Source of the DNA: Clostridia bacterium
GTDB taxonomy: Bacteria > Bacillota > Clostridia > Christensenellales > CAG-138
Direction: 5' to 3'
Length of the DNA: 64,000 nt
NCBI GenBank assembly: GCA_017388175.1
Contig: JAFOTD010000073.1
Span: 206 to 64,205 of the forward strand
The notes beneath the pieces are model-generated. The model had not been told where the DNA came from. It ran no database searches and saw only the letters and a program-made list of their open reading frames with translations. Position numbers and translations under genes: made by a program. This document shows, piece after piece, positions 43,628-51,835 of this stretch (within the stretch, counting starts at the first letter, position 1; every line of letters begins with the position of its first letter).

Positions 43628-44452
43628 ATGGAAAACATTATGAACATCATCAACAACGCGGTTGCGCTGCTGAAAGAAAAAGGCGCAGACAAGGCGAAGA
43701 TCGGTCTTATTCTCGGCAGCGGGCTCGGCGATTACGCGGAAACGCTCGAAAACAAGCGTTTCGTGAACTATGTCGATATCGAAGGCTATCCGGTTTCCGG
43801 CGTGGTTGGGCACAAAAATCGTTTCGTAATCGGCGAAAAATTCGGCAAAACGGTAATCGCAATGCAGGGGCGATTCCATTATTATGAGGGGTATCCGCAG
43901 GCGATGCTCTCTCTCGGCGTCCGCACCATGAAAAAACTCGGTGTTGAAAAACTCCTCGTGACGAACGCGGCGGGCGGCGTCAACATGAACTATCATGCGG
44001 GTGATCTGATGCTTATTTCCGATCATATCAATCTGTCGGGAAGCAATCCGCTGATCGGAAAGAATCTCGATGAATTCGGGCCCCGATTCCCGGATCAGAG
44101 CAACGTATATGATAAGGATCTGCGGGCGAAAATGATCGACCTCGCAAAACGGAAGGATATTGCCATGCAGGAAGGCGTTTATTTGATGATGTCCGGCCCG
44201 TGCTATGAGACACCGGCAGAGATCCGCATGGCGCGTATCATCGGTGCGGACGCGGTCGGCATGTCTACGATCCCCGAAACCATGTGTGCGGCGCACTGCG
44301 GCATGAAGGTGCTCGGCATCAGTTTGATCACCAACATGGCGGCAGGTGTGCTTGACCAGCCGCTGTCTCATGCGGAGGTTACGGAAACGGCTGCAAAGGC
44401 CGCGCTCAAGTTCACCGAGCTTGTCGATATGATCCTGAAAGAAATCTTCTGA
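43628..44452 (+). CDS. punA: Purine nucleoside phosphorylase (trimeric PNP, PunA type)
   Basis: IGLILGSGLG, MQGRFHYYEGY, VTNAAGGVN, GPCYETPAEIRM and GADAVGMSTIPE are collinear with B. subtilis PunA. Confidence 0.9.
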   Translation: MENIMNIINNAVALLKEKGADKAKIGLILGSGLGDYAETLENKRFVNYVDIEGYPVSGVVGHKNRFVIGEKFGKTVIAMQGRFHYYEGYPQAMLSLGVRTMKKLGVEKLLVTNAAGGVNMNYHAGDLMLISDHINLSGSNPLIGKNLDEFGPRFPDQSNVYDKDLRAKMIDLAKRKDIAMQEGVYLMMSGPCYETPAEIRMARIIGADAVGMSTIPETMCAAHCGMKVLGISLITNMAAGVLDQPLSHAEVTETAAKAALKFTELVDMILKEIF

Positions 44453-44468
44453 TCGACATAAAAAAGAC

Positions 44469-44492
44469 GGCTGCCGCAAAACTGCGGCAGCC
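44469..44492. terminator. Bidirectional terminator hairpin GGCUGCCGC-loop-GCGGCAGCC
   Basis: A 9-bp GC-rich stem flanked by AAAAAA and AUUUUA, between convergent genes. Confidence 0.6.
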
Positions 44493-44521
44493 ATTTTAAA
44501 TTATGGATTATAAAGGAATTG

Positions 44522-45421
44522 TCATTCCTTGCTTTGCGGTTTTTCCTCTTCGAATTCAAACGCGCTCGAAGGCATGGACTGGCCGGTTTGCTGTGATCTG
44601 CTGTTTGCAAGCTTTTCCTTGTCGGTGAACTTGCGGGTGATAACAAACAGACCGATGACGACAACAACGGCAAGACCGAGGAATACGTAGTTCAGAACCG
44701 ACCACAGCGTTTGACCGCATGCATACAGTTTCGTAACGAAGGAGCCGTCGTTTGCATCCGAACGGGTCTTGCTGAAGGAAGAAACGTACACGGGATGCAG
44801 CTCTACGCCGCGACGATACTCAAGTTTGTTGTCGGCGTCGCGTTTGAGGGCATCATCCTCTCCTCTTAACGGATATTCCGGGTTTCCGTCCGGTCCGAAC
44901 ATGACGGTTTCATCATAGTACAGCAGTTCGATCGGATTCTCGGTGGAGGTTGCCGCACTTCCCGAGCAGCTCAGCGGCGAAGACGTCGCCTGTGTCCACT
45001 TGACCTCGGGATGCACTTCCTTCGCTTTGGCAAGAAAAACCTGAATCGGAAGAGGATCGGTATATTCCTCGTTTACGGAATAGGGGCCGTAGGTGGTTCC
45101 GTCTTTGGTAAACGTGACTTCGCCCTTCTCGTCGATCACGTCGGCGAATTCTGTTCTATAACGTTCCGTTGCCCGAAACGAAGTCAGCTGGTTATACAAT
45201 GCAGACTGTACGAAACTGACGACCGCAAGAACAATCATGATTGCTGCCAGAGCAAAGTACAGGATGCGGGTATACTTGTAGAACTTTGGCTTTTTTTCCT
45301 CAATGATGTTGTCCATCTGGAACAGCCTTCCTTTTCCGGAGATTGCGTTGACCAGAACGTAGACTGCCATGGCAAGCAGCAGAATCGGAAAAAGGTACGG
45401 TGAAATGGTGGTACAATTCAT
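44522..45421 (-). CDS. Hypothetical membrane protein (three TM segments with a large extracytoplasmic loop)
   Basis: The ORF has SD AAAGGAG 30 nt downstream of the cysS stop, so co-transcription with cysS is likely. No family was recognised. Confidence 0.5.
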   Translation of the reverse strand: MNCTTISPYLFPILLLAMAVYVLVNAISGKGRLFQMDNIIEEKKPKFYKYTRILYFALAAIMIVLAVVSFVQSALYNQLTSFRATERYRTEFADVIDEKGEVTFTKDGTTYGPYSVNEEYTDPLPIQVFLAKAKEVHPEVKWTQATSSPLSCSGSAATSTENPIELLYYDETVMFGPDGNPEYPLRGEDDALKRDADNKLEYRRGVELHPVYVSSFSKTRSDANDGSFVTKLYACGQTLWSVLNYVFLGLAVVVVIGLFVITRKFTDKEKLANSRSQQTGQSMPSSAFEFEEEKPQSKE

Positions 45422-45451
45422 AAGTAACTCCTTTACTGGTTTGTTATGAAA

Positions 45452-46837
45452 TCAAAGCCGTTTCAGCTTTGCGCCGTCTTTGGTATCTTCTACGGCAAAG
45501 CCCATCGCTTTCAGCTCATTGCGGATAGCGTCTGCCTTTGCCCATTCTTTAGCCTTTTTTGCTTCCTTGCGTGCTTCGAGCAGCGCGATCGCTTCCTCGG
45601 GGAAGTCTTCCTTCTTTTCCTTTACGACAAGTCCCAAAACGCCGTTCAGCTCTGCATAGCGCGCTTTGACGGCTTCGATCGCGGCTTTCGTGTGTGCGCC
45701 GGTCGCAAAGATGTTAATCCAGCGGGCAAAATCAAACAGCACGCCGAGCGCGTCCGCCGTATTAAGGTCGTCGTCCATCGCATCGTTGAACCGATCACGG
45801 AACCCGTCGAGCTCTGCGCTGACTTTGGAATCATCTGCCGCTTCGTCGATCGCGGTATCGAACAGACGGTCGCGCGCCGTGTAGAGACGGTTCAGACTCG
45901 TCACGGCCTGATCCATCAGCTCGCGCGAGAAGTTGACCGGATTGCGGTAGTTTGCGGTGAGCAGAAACAGACGAACAGCTTCCAGGTCGTATTCCTTCGC
46001 GATATCGCGAACCAGGAAGAAGTTGCCCAGGGACTTACTCATCTTCTGGTTGTTGATATTGATATACCCGTTGTGCATCCAGTAATGAACAAACGGCTTG
46101 CCCGTTGCGCCTTCGCTTTGCGCGATCTCATTCTCATGATGCGGGAAAATGAGGTCCATACCGCCGCCGTGGATGTCAAAGGTTTCGCCGAGATACTTCA
46201 TGCTCATTGCGGAGCATTCGACATGCCATCCGGGACGACCCTTGCCCCACGGGGAAGGCCAGCTCGGCTCGCCGGGCTTTTCACCCTTCCAAAGCGCGAA
46301 ATCTAGCGGATCGCGCTTCTGCTCAGTTGGCGCGATGCGCGCGCCGTTTTCCATATCGTCGATATCCTGCCCCTTGAGCTTACCGTAGCCGGGAAAGCTG
46401 CGTACCGCAAAGTAGACGTCGCCGTTTTCGGTCGCATAGGCGTGCCCTTTTTCGATCAGCTTTTTGACGAGCTTGATGATATCGCCGATGTGCTCGGTCG
46501 CACGGGGATTGACCGTCGCGCGCTCAATGCCCAATGCATCCGCATCCTGATAATACTCGTGAATAAACCGGTCACCGAGCTCCTTTACCGTGATGCCGTC
46601 ACGATTGGCGCGATTGATCATTTTGTCGTCGATATCGGTAAAATTCTGTACGTATTTGACCTTGTATCCGCGGTATTCCAGATACCGGCGCATGGTATCG
46701 AACACAACAAACGGGCGCGCATTTCCGATATGGAAATAGTCGTACACGGTCGGCCCGCATACGTACATGGAGATTTCGCCTTCTTTAATCGGCACGAGCG
46801 GCTCCTTTTTACGGGTCATGGTATTATAAATCTGCAT
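45452..46837 (-). CDS. cysS: Cysteine--tRNA ligase
   Basis: HIGN (HIGH) motif VCGPTVYDYFHIGNARP, KMSKS motif, and zinc-binding Cys residues. Confidence 0.95.
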   Translation of the reverse strand: MQIYNTMTRKKEPLVPIKEGEISMYVCGPTVYDYFHIGNARPFVVFDTMRRYLEYRGYKVKYVQNFTDIDDKMINRANRDGITVKELGDRFIHEYYQDADALGIERATVNPRATEHIGDIIKLVKKLIEKGHAYATENGDVYFAVRSFPGYGKLKGQDIDDMENGARIAPTEQKRDPLDFALWKGEKPGEPSWPSPWGKGRPGWHVECSAMSMKYLGETFDIHGGGMDLIFPHHENEIAQSEGATGKPFVHYWMHNGYININNQKMSKSLGNFFLVRDIAKEYDLEAVRLFLLTANYRNPVNFSRELMDQAVTSLNRLYTARDRLFDTAIDEAADDSKVSAELDGFRDRFNDAMDDDLNTADALGVLFDFARWINIFATGAHTKAAIEAVKARYAELNGVLGLVVKEKKEDFPEEAIALLEARKEAKKAKEWAKADAIRNELKAMGFAVEDTKDGAKLKRL

Positions 46838-46913
46838 ATGATCCTCCTGAACCTGTATACCATACGCAAAACGGAAGAGATCCGTGAAAGATGGGATACA
46901 GTATTTCTAATCT

Positions 46914-46942
46914 ATAATAAGGAAATTCCTTCATTTTGTCAA
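46914..46942 (-). promoter_or_regulatory. sigma-A type promoter TTGACA-17-TATTAT for cysS
   Basis: On the minus strand, TTGACA is at 46942-46937 and TATTAT at 46919-46914. Confidence 0.55.
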
Positions 46943-46949
46943 TAAGGAT

Positions 46950-46978
46950 TTGACGAACCGATACTTTTGTACTATAAT
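46950..46978 (+). promoter_or_regulatory. sigma-A type promoter TTGACG-17-TATAAT for the surface protein gene
   Basis: TTGACG at 46950-46955 and TATAAT at 46973-46978. It is back-to-back with the cysS promoter. Confidence 0.55.
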
Positions 46979-47083
46979 TAATTAGTCGAAAATTGCACGA
47001 TGCGGACAGATGTGCGTGCGGTTTCCGTTACCGCCGAAAAAAACTGCGAAAAAGCAGGATTACTTTCATCAGGAGGACCAAAT

Positions 47084-48193
47084 ATGAAACGATTATTGGC
47101 CGTTTTCGTAACACTGATATTGCTCTTATCGATGACGCTTGCAACGGGCGTTGCTGCGGAATCGGGAGATATGCTGATTCATTCCGATAAGGTTACCGGC
47201 GCTGTCGGCGACATCATAAAGGTTAATTTCTACCTTTATCCGAACCTGCCTGAGGACAGGCTGCTCGATTCGCTTACCGGCGTGCTGAAGTTTGATCCGG
47301 AGTTTCTGACGCTCGGAGCAATCAATCTTTCGGACGAGGAAGAAAATCTGACTTCTTTACTGATGTCGGGAAAGACGCACGTTCCTTTCTATACCAATGA
47401 ACCCGTTCCCGGAGAACTTCGTTTCTCGTTCGCCGACGGGTATGGTGTAGAAGAGGAAGGATTCTGGTTCCAGGCGGAGTTCCGGATCGAAAAAGAAGGC
47501 GCAACAGAGTTTATCTTCAACGGCATTACGTATACCGGCCTGAAAACGATCAAGAACGACGACGGCTCAACCACGTATAACACGGTGACCTATACCATTG
47601 ATCCGCTGCCCGCCGGCGGCGTTTACACCGAAGGCGAAAGCATTCCTACGGGCGGTGCGGCCGAAGAGACGTTCTCCCCGATCACGCCCGCCGTTCAGAC
47701 GCCGACCACCGTTACGCCAACGCCGAAACCCAGCAATGCGGGGCAGCCCGTTCCCGTAACGTCCACGCTTCCTACGTATTCTGCGAATCCTTCGTCCGTA
47801 ACCGGCGTGGTTACGCCGGCACCTCCCGTTACTTCCATACCTGTAAAAACGCCGGGTCCGGCAGACGAGACGCCGGCTCCCTCGCAGGGAACGGAAACCG
47901 CGCCTGTCTCGGAGGTTACGCCGGACACAGAAGTTTCACCGACTGACGCAGTGCCTCCGACGGATTCCGAAACAACGACCGATCCCGTTGCCGGAGAGGT
48001 GATCGATGTGACGTCGCAGCCGCTGCCGGAGAACGACAGGTCGGAGAATACGTCCAAAGCGGAAGAGGAAACTTCGTCATTAACGGACGTCCTTCTTACG
48101 GTCGGTATTATCGTCGGAATCGTAGCGGTTGTCGGGCTCGGAGTGATTGCGATCATTCTCGTTCTGAAACGCCGTAAAATGAACGAGCAATAA
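47084..48193 (+). CDS. Secreted cohesin-like domain protein with a Pro/Thr-rich stalk and a C-terminal TM anchor
   Basis: ATG 47084 follows AGGAGG. It has a signal peptide and a beta-rich domain (GDIIKVNFYLYP...LKFDPEFLTLGAI...ELRFSFADG...FWFQAEFRIEKEGATEFIF) resembling type I cohesin. It also has a PT-rich linker of about 120 aa and the anchor VGIIVGIVAVVGLGVIAIILVLKRRK. Confidence 0.55.
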   Translation: MKRLLAVFVTLILLLSMTLATGVAAESGDMLIHSDKVTGAVGDIIKVNFYLYPNLPEDRLLDSLTGVLKFDPEFLTLGAINLSDEEENLTSLLMSGKTHVPFYTNEPVPGELRFSFADGYGVEEEGFWFQAEFRIEKEGATEFIFNGITYTGLKTIKNDDGSTTYNTVTYTIDPLPAGGVYTEGESIPTGGAAEETFSPITPAVQTPTTVTPTPKPSNAGQPVPVTSTLPTYSANPSSVTGVVTPAPPVTSIPVKTPGPADETPAPSQGTETAPVSEVTPDTEVSPTDAVPPTDSETTTDPVAGEVIDVTSQPLPENDRSENTSKAEEETSSLTDVLLTVGIIVGIVAVVGLGVIAIILVLKRRKMNEQ

Positions 48194-48212
48194 CCGATTG
48201 CGCGTTATTAAG

Positions 48213-48249
48213 GAAAGCTCTCATTTTTGAGAGCTTTCTTGCGTTTTGG
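48213..48249 (+). terminator. Rho-independent terminator
   Basis: GAAAGCUCUCA-UUUU-UGAGAGCUUUC followed by a U-rich tract. Confidence 0.7.
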
Positions 48250-48267
48250 AAAGAATTGTTGTATAAT
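48239..48267 (+). promoter_or_regulatory. sigma-A type promoter TTGCGT-17-TATAAT upstream of the ECF S-component/folC operon
   Basis: TTGCGT at 48239-48244 and TATAAT at 48262-48267. Confidence 0.5.
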
Positions 48268-48296
48268 ATAACGATTAGAGAAAGGAGGCGGGAGAA

Positions 48297-48848
48297 ATGC
48301 GCTGGGTAACAACGCGTCAACTGACGTTTGCGGCAATGTTTGCCGCCTTGGCGATCGTTTTATCGATCTTTCCGCTTACGTTTTATTTGCCGTCGGGGAG
48401 CCGGATCACGTTTCGGGAGATTCCGATCTTTCTATGTTCATTTTCGCTCGGCCCCGTGTTCGGCGGACTCTGCGCGTTCGTCGCGGATCTTGTCGGCACG
48501 TTTATCACCAATTCCGGCAAGAACTGGGATATCCTGTTTTCGCTCAATTCCGTCCTGACAGGGATCCTGCCTGGCCTGCTGTTTAAGTACGTCTTTCACA
48601 AGCAGAGCAGCATGCTCTATATTGCGTCTTCCATCATTCCGGTGAACATTCTCGTATCCTGGTTTCTGTCGACGCTCTGGCTGCATGTAAATCCCGTTTA
48701 CAGCGCTGCGTTTTCCGGGATTCCGTTCTGGGCGCATCTGCTGTTCCGGCTGCTTCTGGTCGCTTCGCTGACCGCGGTCCAGATCGTAACTGTCCGATAT
48801 CTCTATCCGGTAACGATGAAAGGCCTAAAGGGAGGGGATCATTCATGA
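48297..48848 (+). CDS. ECF transporter S component (probably folate-specific, FolT-like)
   Basis: Six-TM small membrane protein with an S-component-type N-terminus (TRQLTFAAMFAALAIVLS). It is translationally coupled (ATGA) to folC. Substrate is inferred from context only. Confidence 0.65.
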   Translation: MRWVTTRQLTFAAMFAALAIVLSIFPLTFYLPSGSRITFREIPIFLCSFSLGPVFGGLCAFVADLVGTFITNSGKNWDILFSLNSVLTGILPGLLFKYVFHKQSSMLYIASSIIPVNILVSWFLSTLWLHVNPVYSAAFSGIPFWAHLLFRLLLVASLTAVQIVTVRYLYPVTMKGLKGGDHS

Positions 48849-50128
48849 CGTATGAAGAAGCCATTGCCTATATCCACGGCATGTACTGGCGCGGCTCGAA
48901 GCTCGGACTCGTCCGGGTCACCGAACTTTGCCATCTTTTGGGCGACCCGCAGGATCAGTTGAAATTCATCCACGTCGCAGGAACGAACGGGAAGGGCTCC
49001 ACCTGCGCGATGCTTTCACGCATCCTCTGCGCGCAGGGGTATCGTACGGGTCTTTTCGTTTCTCCGTTTGTCGACCGATTCAACGAGCGCATCCAGTTCA
49101 ACAACGAACCGATCCCGGACGACGATCTTGCGGCGATCATTACCGAGATCGCTCCGGTCGTCGATTCGATGGAGAATTCCCCGACGGAGTTTGAAGTGAT
49201 CACGGCAGCCGCCTTCCTGTACTACGTCAGAAAAAACTGCGATTACGTGGTGCTGGAGGTCGGGCTCGGCGGAGAACTGGATTCCACCAACGTGATCAAA
49301 ACGCCGCTTCTTGCAATCATCACCGCAATCGACTATGATCACATGCATATTCTCGGTGATACGATCGAGCAGATCGCATACGCAAAGGCGGGCATTATCA
49401 AGGACGGCGGAACGGTCCTGTTTTACGGCGAGCATAAGGACGCTTTGCCGGTCATCGAGGCGGCATGCGAAACGCACGGCGCTAAGCTTCACGTCATCGA
49501 CCGTTCGACGCTGCGGGAAGGGACGTACGATCTGCATGGGCAGACCTTTGATTACCGCGATTACCGCGATCTCAAACTCGGTCTGCTCGGCAGATATCAG
49601 ACGAAAAACGCCGCTACGGTCGTCGACGCCGTCGAGCTGCTCAGAGAAAACGGCGTAGAAATCTCGGATGTGGCGATGCGGACAGGACTGAAGGAAACCG
49701 TATGGCCGGCGCGTTTTGAACTTTTGCGAGAGGATCCGCCGTTTTTCGTGGACGGCGGGCATAATCCGCACGGCGTCAGGGGAACGGTCGAAACGTTCCA
49801 GCGCCTGTTCCCGAACGGGAAAGCCAAGATCATCATGGGTATGATGCGCGACAAGGACGTTTCGCAGTCGGTCGAGCTGCTGCTTCCGATCGCAAAGGAG
49901 TTTTATACGGTCACACCGAACAACGACCGCGCAATGCCCGCCGAGGAGCTTGCTGCGCTGATCGCCTCGTACGGTGCGGCCGCAACGCCGTTCTCATCGG
50001 TCGCGGATGCGGTCGAAACGGCGGCGCGGGGTGAAGACGTTACGCTTGCCGTCGGGTCTCTTTATATGGCGGGCGAGGTGCACGAAGCGTTTCGTAAGCT
50101 GCAGAAGATGTGGAGATTTGAAGAATGA
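48845..50128 (+). CDS. folC: Bifunctional folylpolyglutamate synthase / dihydrofolate synthase
   Basis: P-loop HVAGTNGKGST; a Mur-ligase-type central and C-terminal domain (VDGGHNPHG). Confidence 0.93.
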   Translation: MTYEEAIAYIHGMYWRGSKLGLVRVTELCHLLGDPQDQLKFIHVAGTNGKGSTCAMLSRILCAQGYRTGLFVSPFVDRFNERIQFNNEPIPDDDLAAIITEIAPVVDSMENSPTEFEVITAAAFLYYVRKNCDYVVLEVGLGGELDSTNVIKTPLLAIITAIDYDHMHILGDTIEQIAYAKAGIIKDGGTVLFYGEHKDALPVIEAACETHGAKLHVIDRSTLREGTYDLHGQTFDYRDYRDLKLGLLGRYQTKNAATVVDAVELLRENGVEISDVAMRTGLKETVWPARFELLREDPPFFVDGGHNPHGVRGTVETFQRLFPNGKAKIIMGMMRDKDVSQSVELLLPIAKEFYTVTPNNDRAMPAEELAALIASYGAAATPFSSVADAVETAARGEDVTLAVGSLYMAGEVHEAFRKLQKMWRFEE

Positions 50129-50913
50129 AGCTGCTTGCGCTTGACATCGACGATACGCTGGTCTGCACCGGCAAGCTTCCCAGCGAACGCCTGATCCATG
50201 CCGTGCAACGCGTGCGAGTCAGCGGCGTGACCGTCGTGCTTGCGACGGGACGCGGATTTCTGGGAACCAAAAAGATTCGCGAATCCCTGTCCGCGTATGG
50301 GCCGCTGATCCATTACGGCGGAGCGGTCGTGTCCGACGGAAAAACGGGCGAGCATTTCTTTGCGAATTATCTGCGTCCGCAGGACGTGATCACGGCGTTT
50401 GCGATCGCCGATTCCTTCGGGATCCATGCGCAGATCTATGAGGAGGATACGGTCGTTTTCCGCAAGGCGAACGCGTTTACGGAGCAATATACCGGGATTC
50501 TGAACCTGCCGTTTATCGTCGATCCGAACCTTCTTTATCGGCCACTCGACGCGATCCCGAAGGTACTGTTCGCCGTGGATCCGAGTAAGGAAGCGGAGAT
50601 CGCAAAGGAGACGCGCGCTCTGCTTCCGAAGCACCTGTCGGTGCTGACGTCAAAACCGGGGTTTATCGAGATAGGTTCCGTTTCGTCAACAAAAGGGAAG
50701 GCACTCGAGAAGGTCGCCGCCATGCTCGGGATCGCGCGCGAGGACGTTACCGCGATCGGCGACAATACGCTCGATCTTGATATGATCGAATGGGCAGGGA
50801 CCGGAATCTGCGTCGCCAACGGGAACGATCTCGTAAAGGAAAAAGCCGATCTCGTGATCGGTGCTTGCGAGGACGAAGGCGTCGCTGCTTATCTTGAATC
50901 TTTGCCGGTATGA
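50125..50913 (+). CDS. Cof-type HAD-IIB family hydrolase
   Basis: MKLLALDIDDTL (DxD motif), a GKALEKVAAMLGI segment and GDNTLDLDMIEWAG. Confidence 0.85.
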   Translation: MKLLALDIDDTLVCTGKLPSERLIHAVQRVRVSGVTVVLATGRGFLGTKKIRESLSAYGPLIHYGGAVVSDGKTGEHFFANYLRPQDVITAFAIADSFGIHAQIYEEDTVVFRKANAFTEQYTGILNLPFIVDPNLLYRPLDAIPKVLFAVDPSKEAEIAKETRALLPKHLSVLTSKPGFIEIGSVSSTKGKALEKVAAMLGIAREDVTAIGDNTLDLDMIEWAGTGICVANGNDLVKEKADLVIGACEDEGVAAYLESLPV

Positions 50914-50926
50914 ATCCGTTGAAACG

Positions 50927-50952
50927 AAAAGGAGCGTTTATCGCTCCTTTTT
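50927..50952. terminator. Bidirectional terminator AAAAGGAGCG-loop-CGCUCCUUUU
   Basis: A perfect 10-bp stem (including A/U) between convergent genes. Confidence 0.65.
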
Positions 50953-50953
50953 C

Positions 50954-51835
50954 TTATAGTTCAACATGATCCGAAAACGGAGGGGTGAAGGATCGGCCGA
51001 CACTGGAAAGATCCTGTGTAAAAACGTCGGTAAACCCAAGCGACATGCAGTAGTCAAGCGCAGATTCATACTCGCGCGCGGTCAGAGGCCGATCGAGCGG
51101 CTTTACCGTACATTCCGGGATCGGGGTGAACTGTGACATCAGCGAGATCGGACAGTCCGTTCCAAAGTGCGCTTTGATGGCGTCGAGCACGGCGCGCGTA
51201 TCGTAAACGCAGCCGGGAAGGACCAGATGCCGGATCCGAACGCCTTTTATCGCAATGCCGTCCGCATCGCAGCACATCGGACCGACCTGCCGGAACATTT
51301 CCGTGATCGACCGGATCGCGGTATCAAAATAATCCGAAGCCTTGGAAAATTTCAGAGACAGACGCGGATCGACGTATTTGAGATCGGGCAGATAGACGTC
51401 AACGAGGCCGTCGTATGCACGGATCGTTTCGACCGATTCGTATGCGTTCGTATTGTACACGACAGGGATGGAAAGTCCCTGTTTTTTTGCAAGCCTCAGC
51501 GCCTCGGTCAGAGCATCGCGGTGCGGCGTCGGCGTGACGAGGTTGATATTGTGCGCGCCGAGCGTCTGCAGCATCAGCATGGTTTCGACAAGGCGTGGGA
51601 CGGAGAAAACTTCCCCGAGCGTTCCGTCCGTTAGGACCATGTTCTGGCAGAAGATACATTTCAAATTGCATCCGGAGAAGAAGATCGTGCCGCTTCCGCG
51701 CGTTCCGCTGAGACAGGGTTCTTCGTCGTAATGCAGCGCCGCCCGCGCAATACGGACAACGGAGGAACAGCCGCAGAATCCTGCTGCGGCTGCCCGGTCA
51801 ATATGACAGTTGCGAGGGCAGATGTTGCATGCCAT
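50954..51835 (-). CDS. Radical SAM protein, PflX-like (homologue of pyruvate formate-lyase activases)
   Basis: CNLKCIFCQN (CxxxCxxC) plus an N-terminal Cys cluster CNICPRNCHIDR...CGC. Confidence 0.8.
   Translation of the reverse strand: MACNICPRNCHIDRAAAAGFCGCSSVVRIARAALHYDEEPCLSGTRGSGTIFFSGCNLKCIFCQNMVLTDGTLGEVFSVPRLVETMLMLQTLGAHNINLVTPTPHRDALTEALRLAKKQGLSIPVVYNTNAYESVETIRAYDGLVDVYLPDLKYVDPRLSLKFSKASDYFDTAIRSITEMFRQVGPMCCDADGIAIKGVRIRHLVLPGCVYDTRAVLDAIKAHFGTDCPISLMSQFTPIPECTVKPLDRPLTAREYESALDYCMSLGFTDVFTQDLSSVGRSFTPPFSDHVEL

Noticed and set aside
46838..46913. A T-box leader upstream of cysS.
   Set aside because: The distance from the predicted promoter to the ATG is about 75 nt, far shorter than a T-box. 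No specifier-loop/T-box (GGUGGNACCGCG-like) sequence or terminator/antiterminator pair is visible.
48250..48296. A THF riboswitch upstream of the ECF S-component/folC operon.
   Set aside because: Only about 30 nt lie between the predicted -10 and the start codon, which leaves no room for a riboswitch aptamer.
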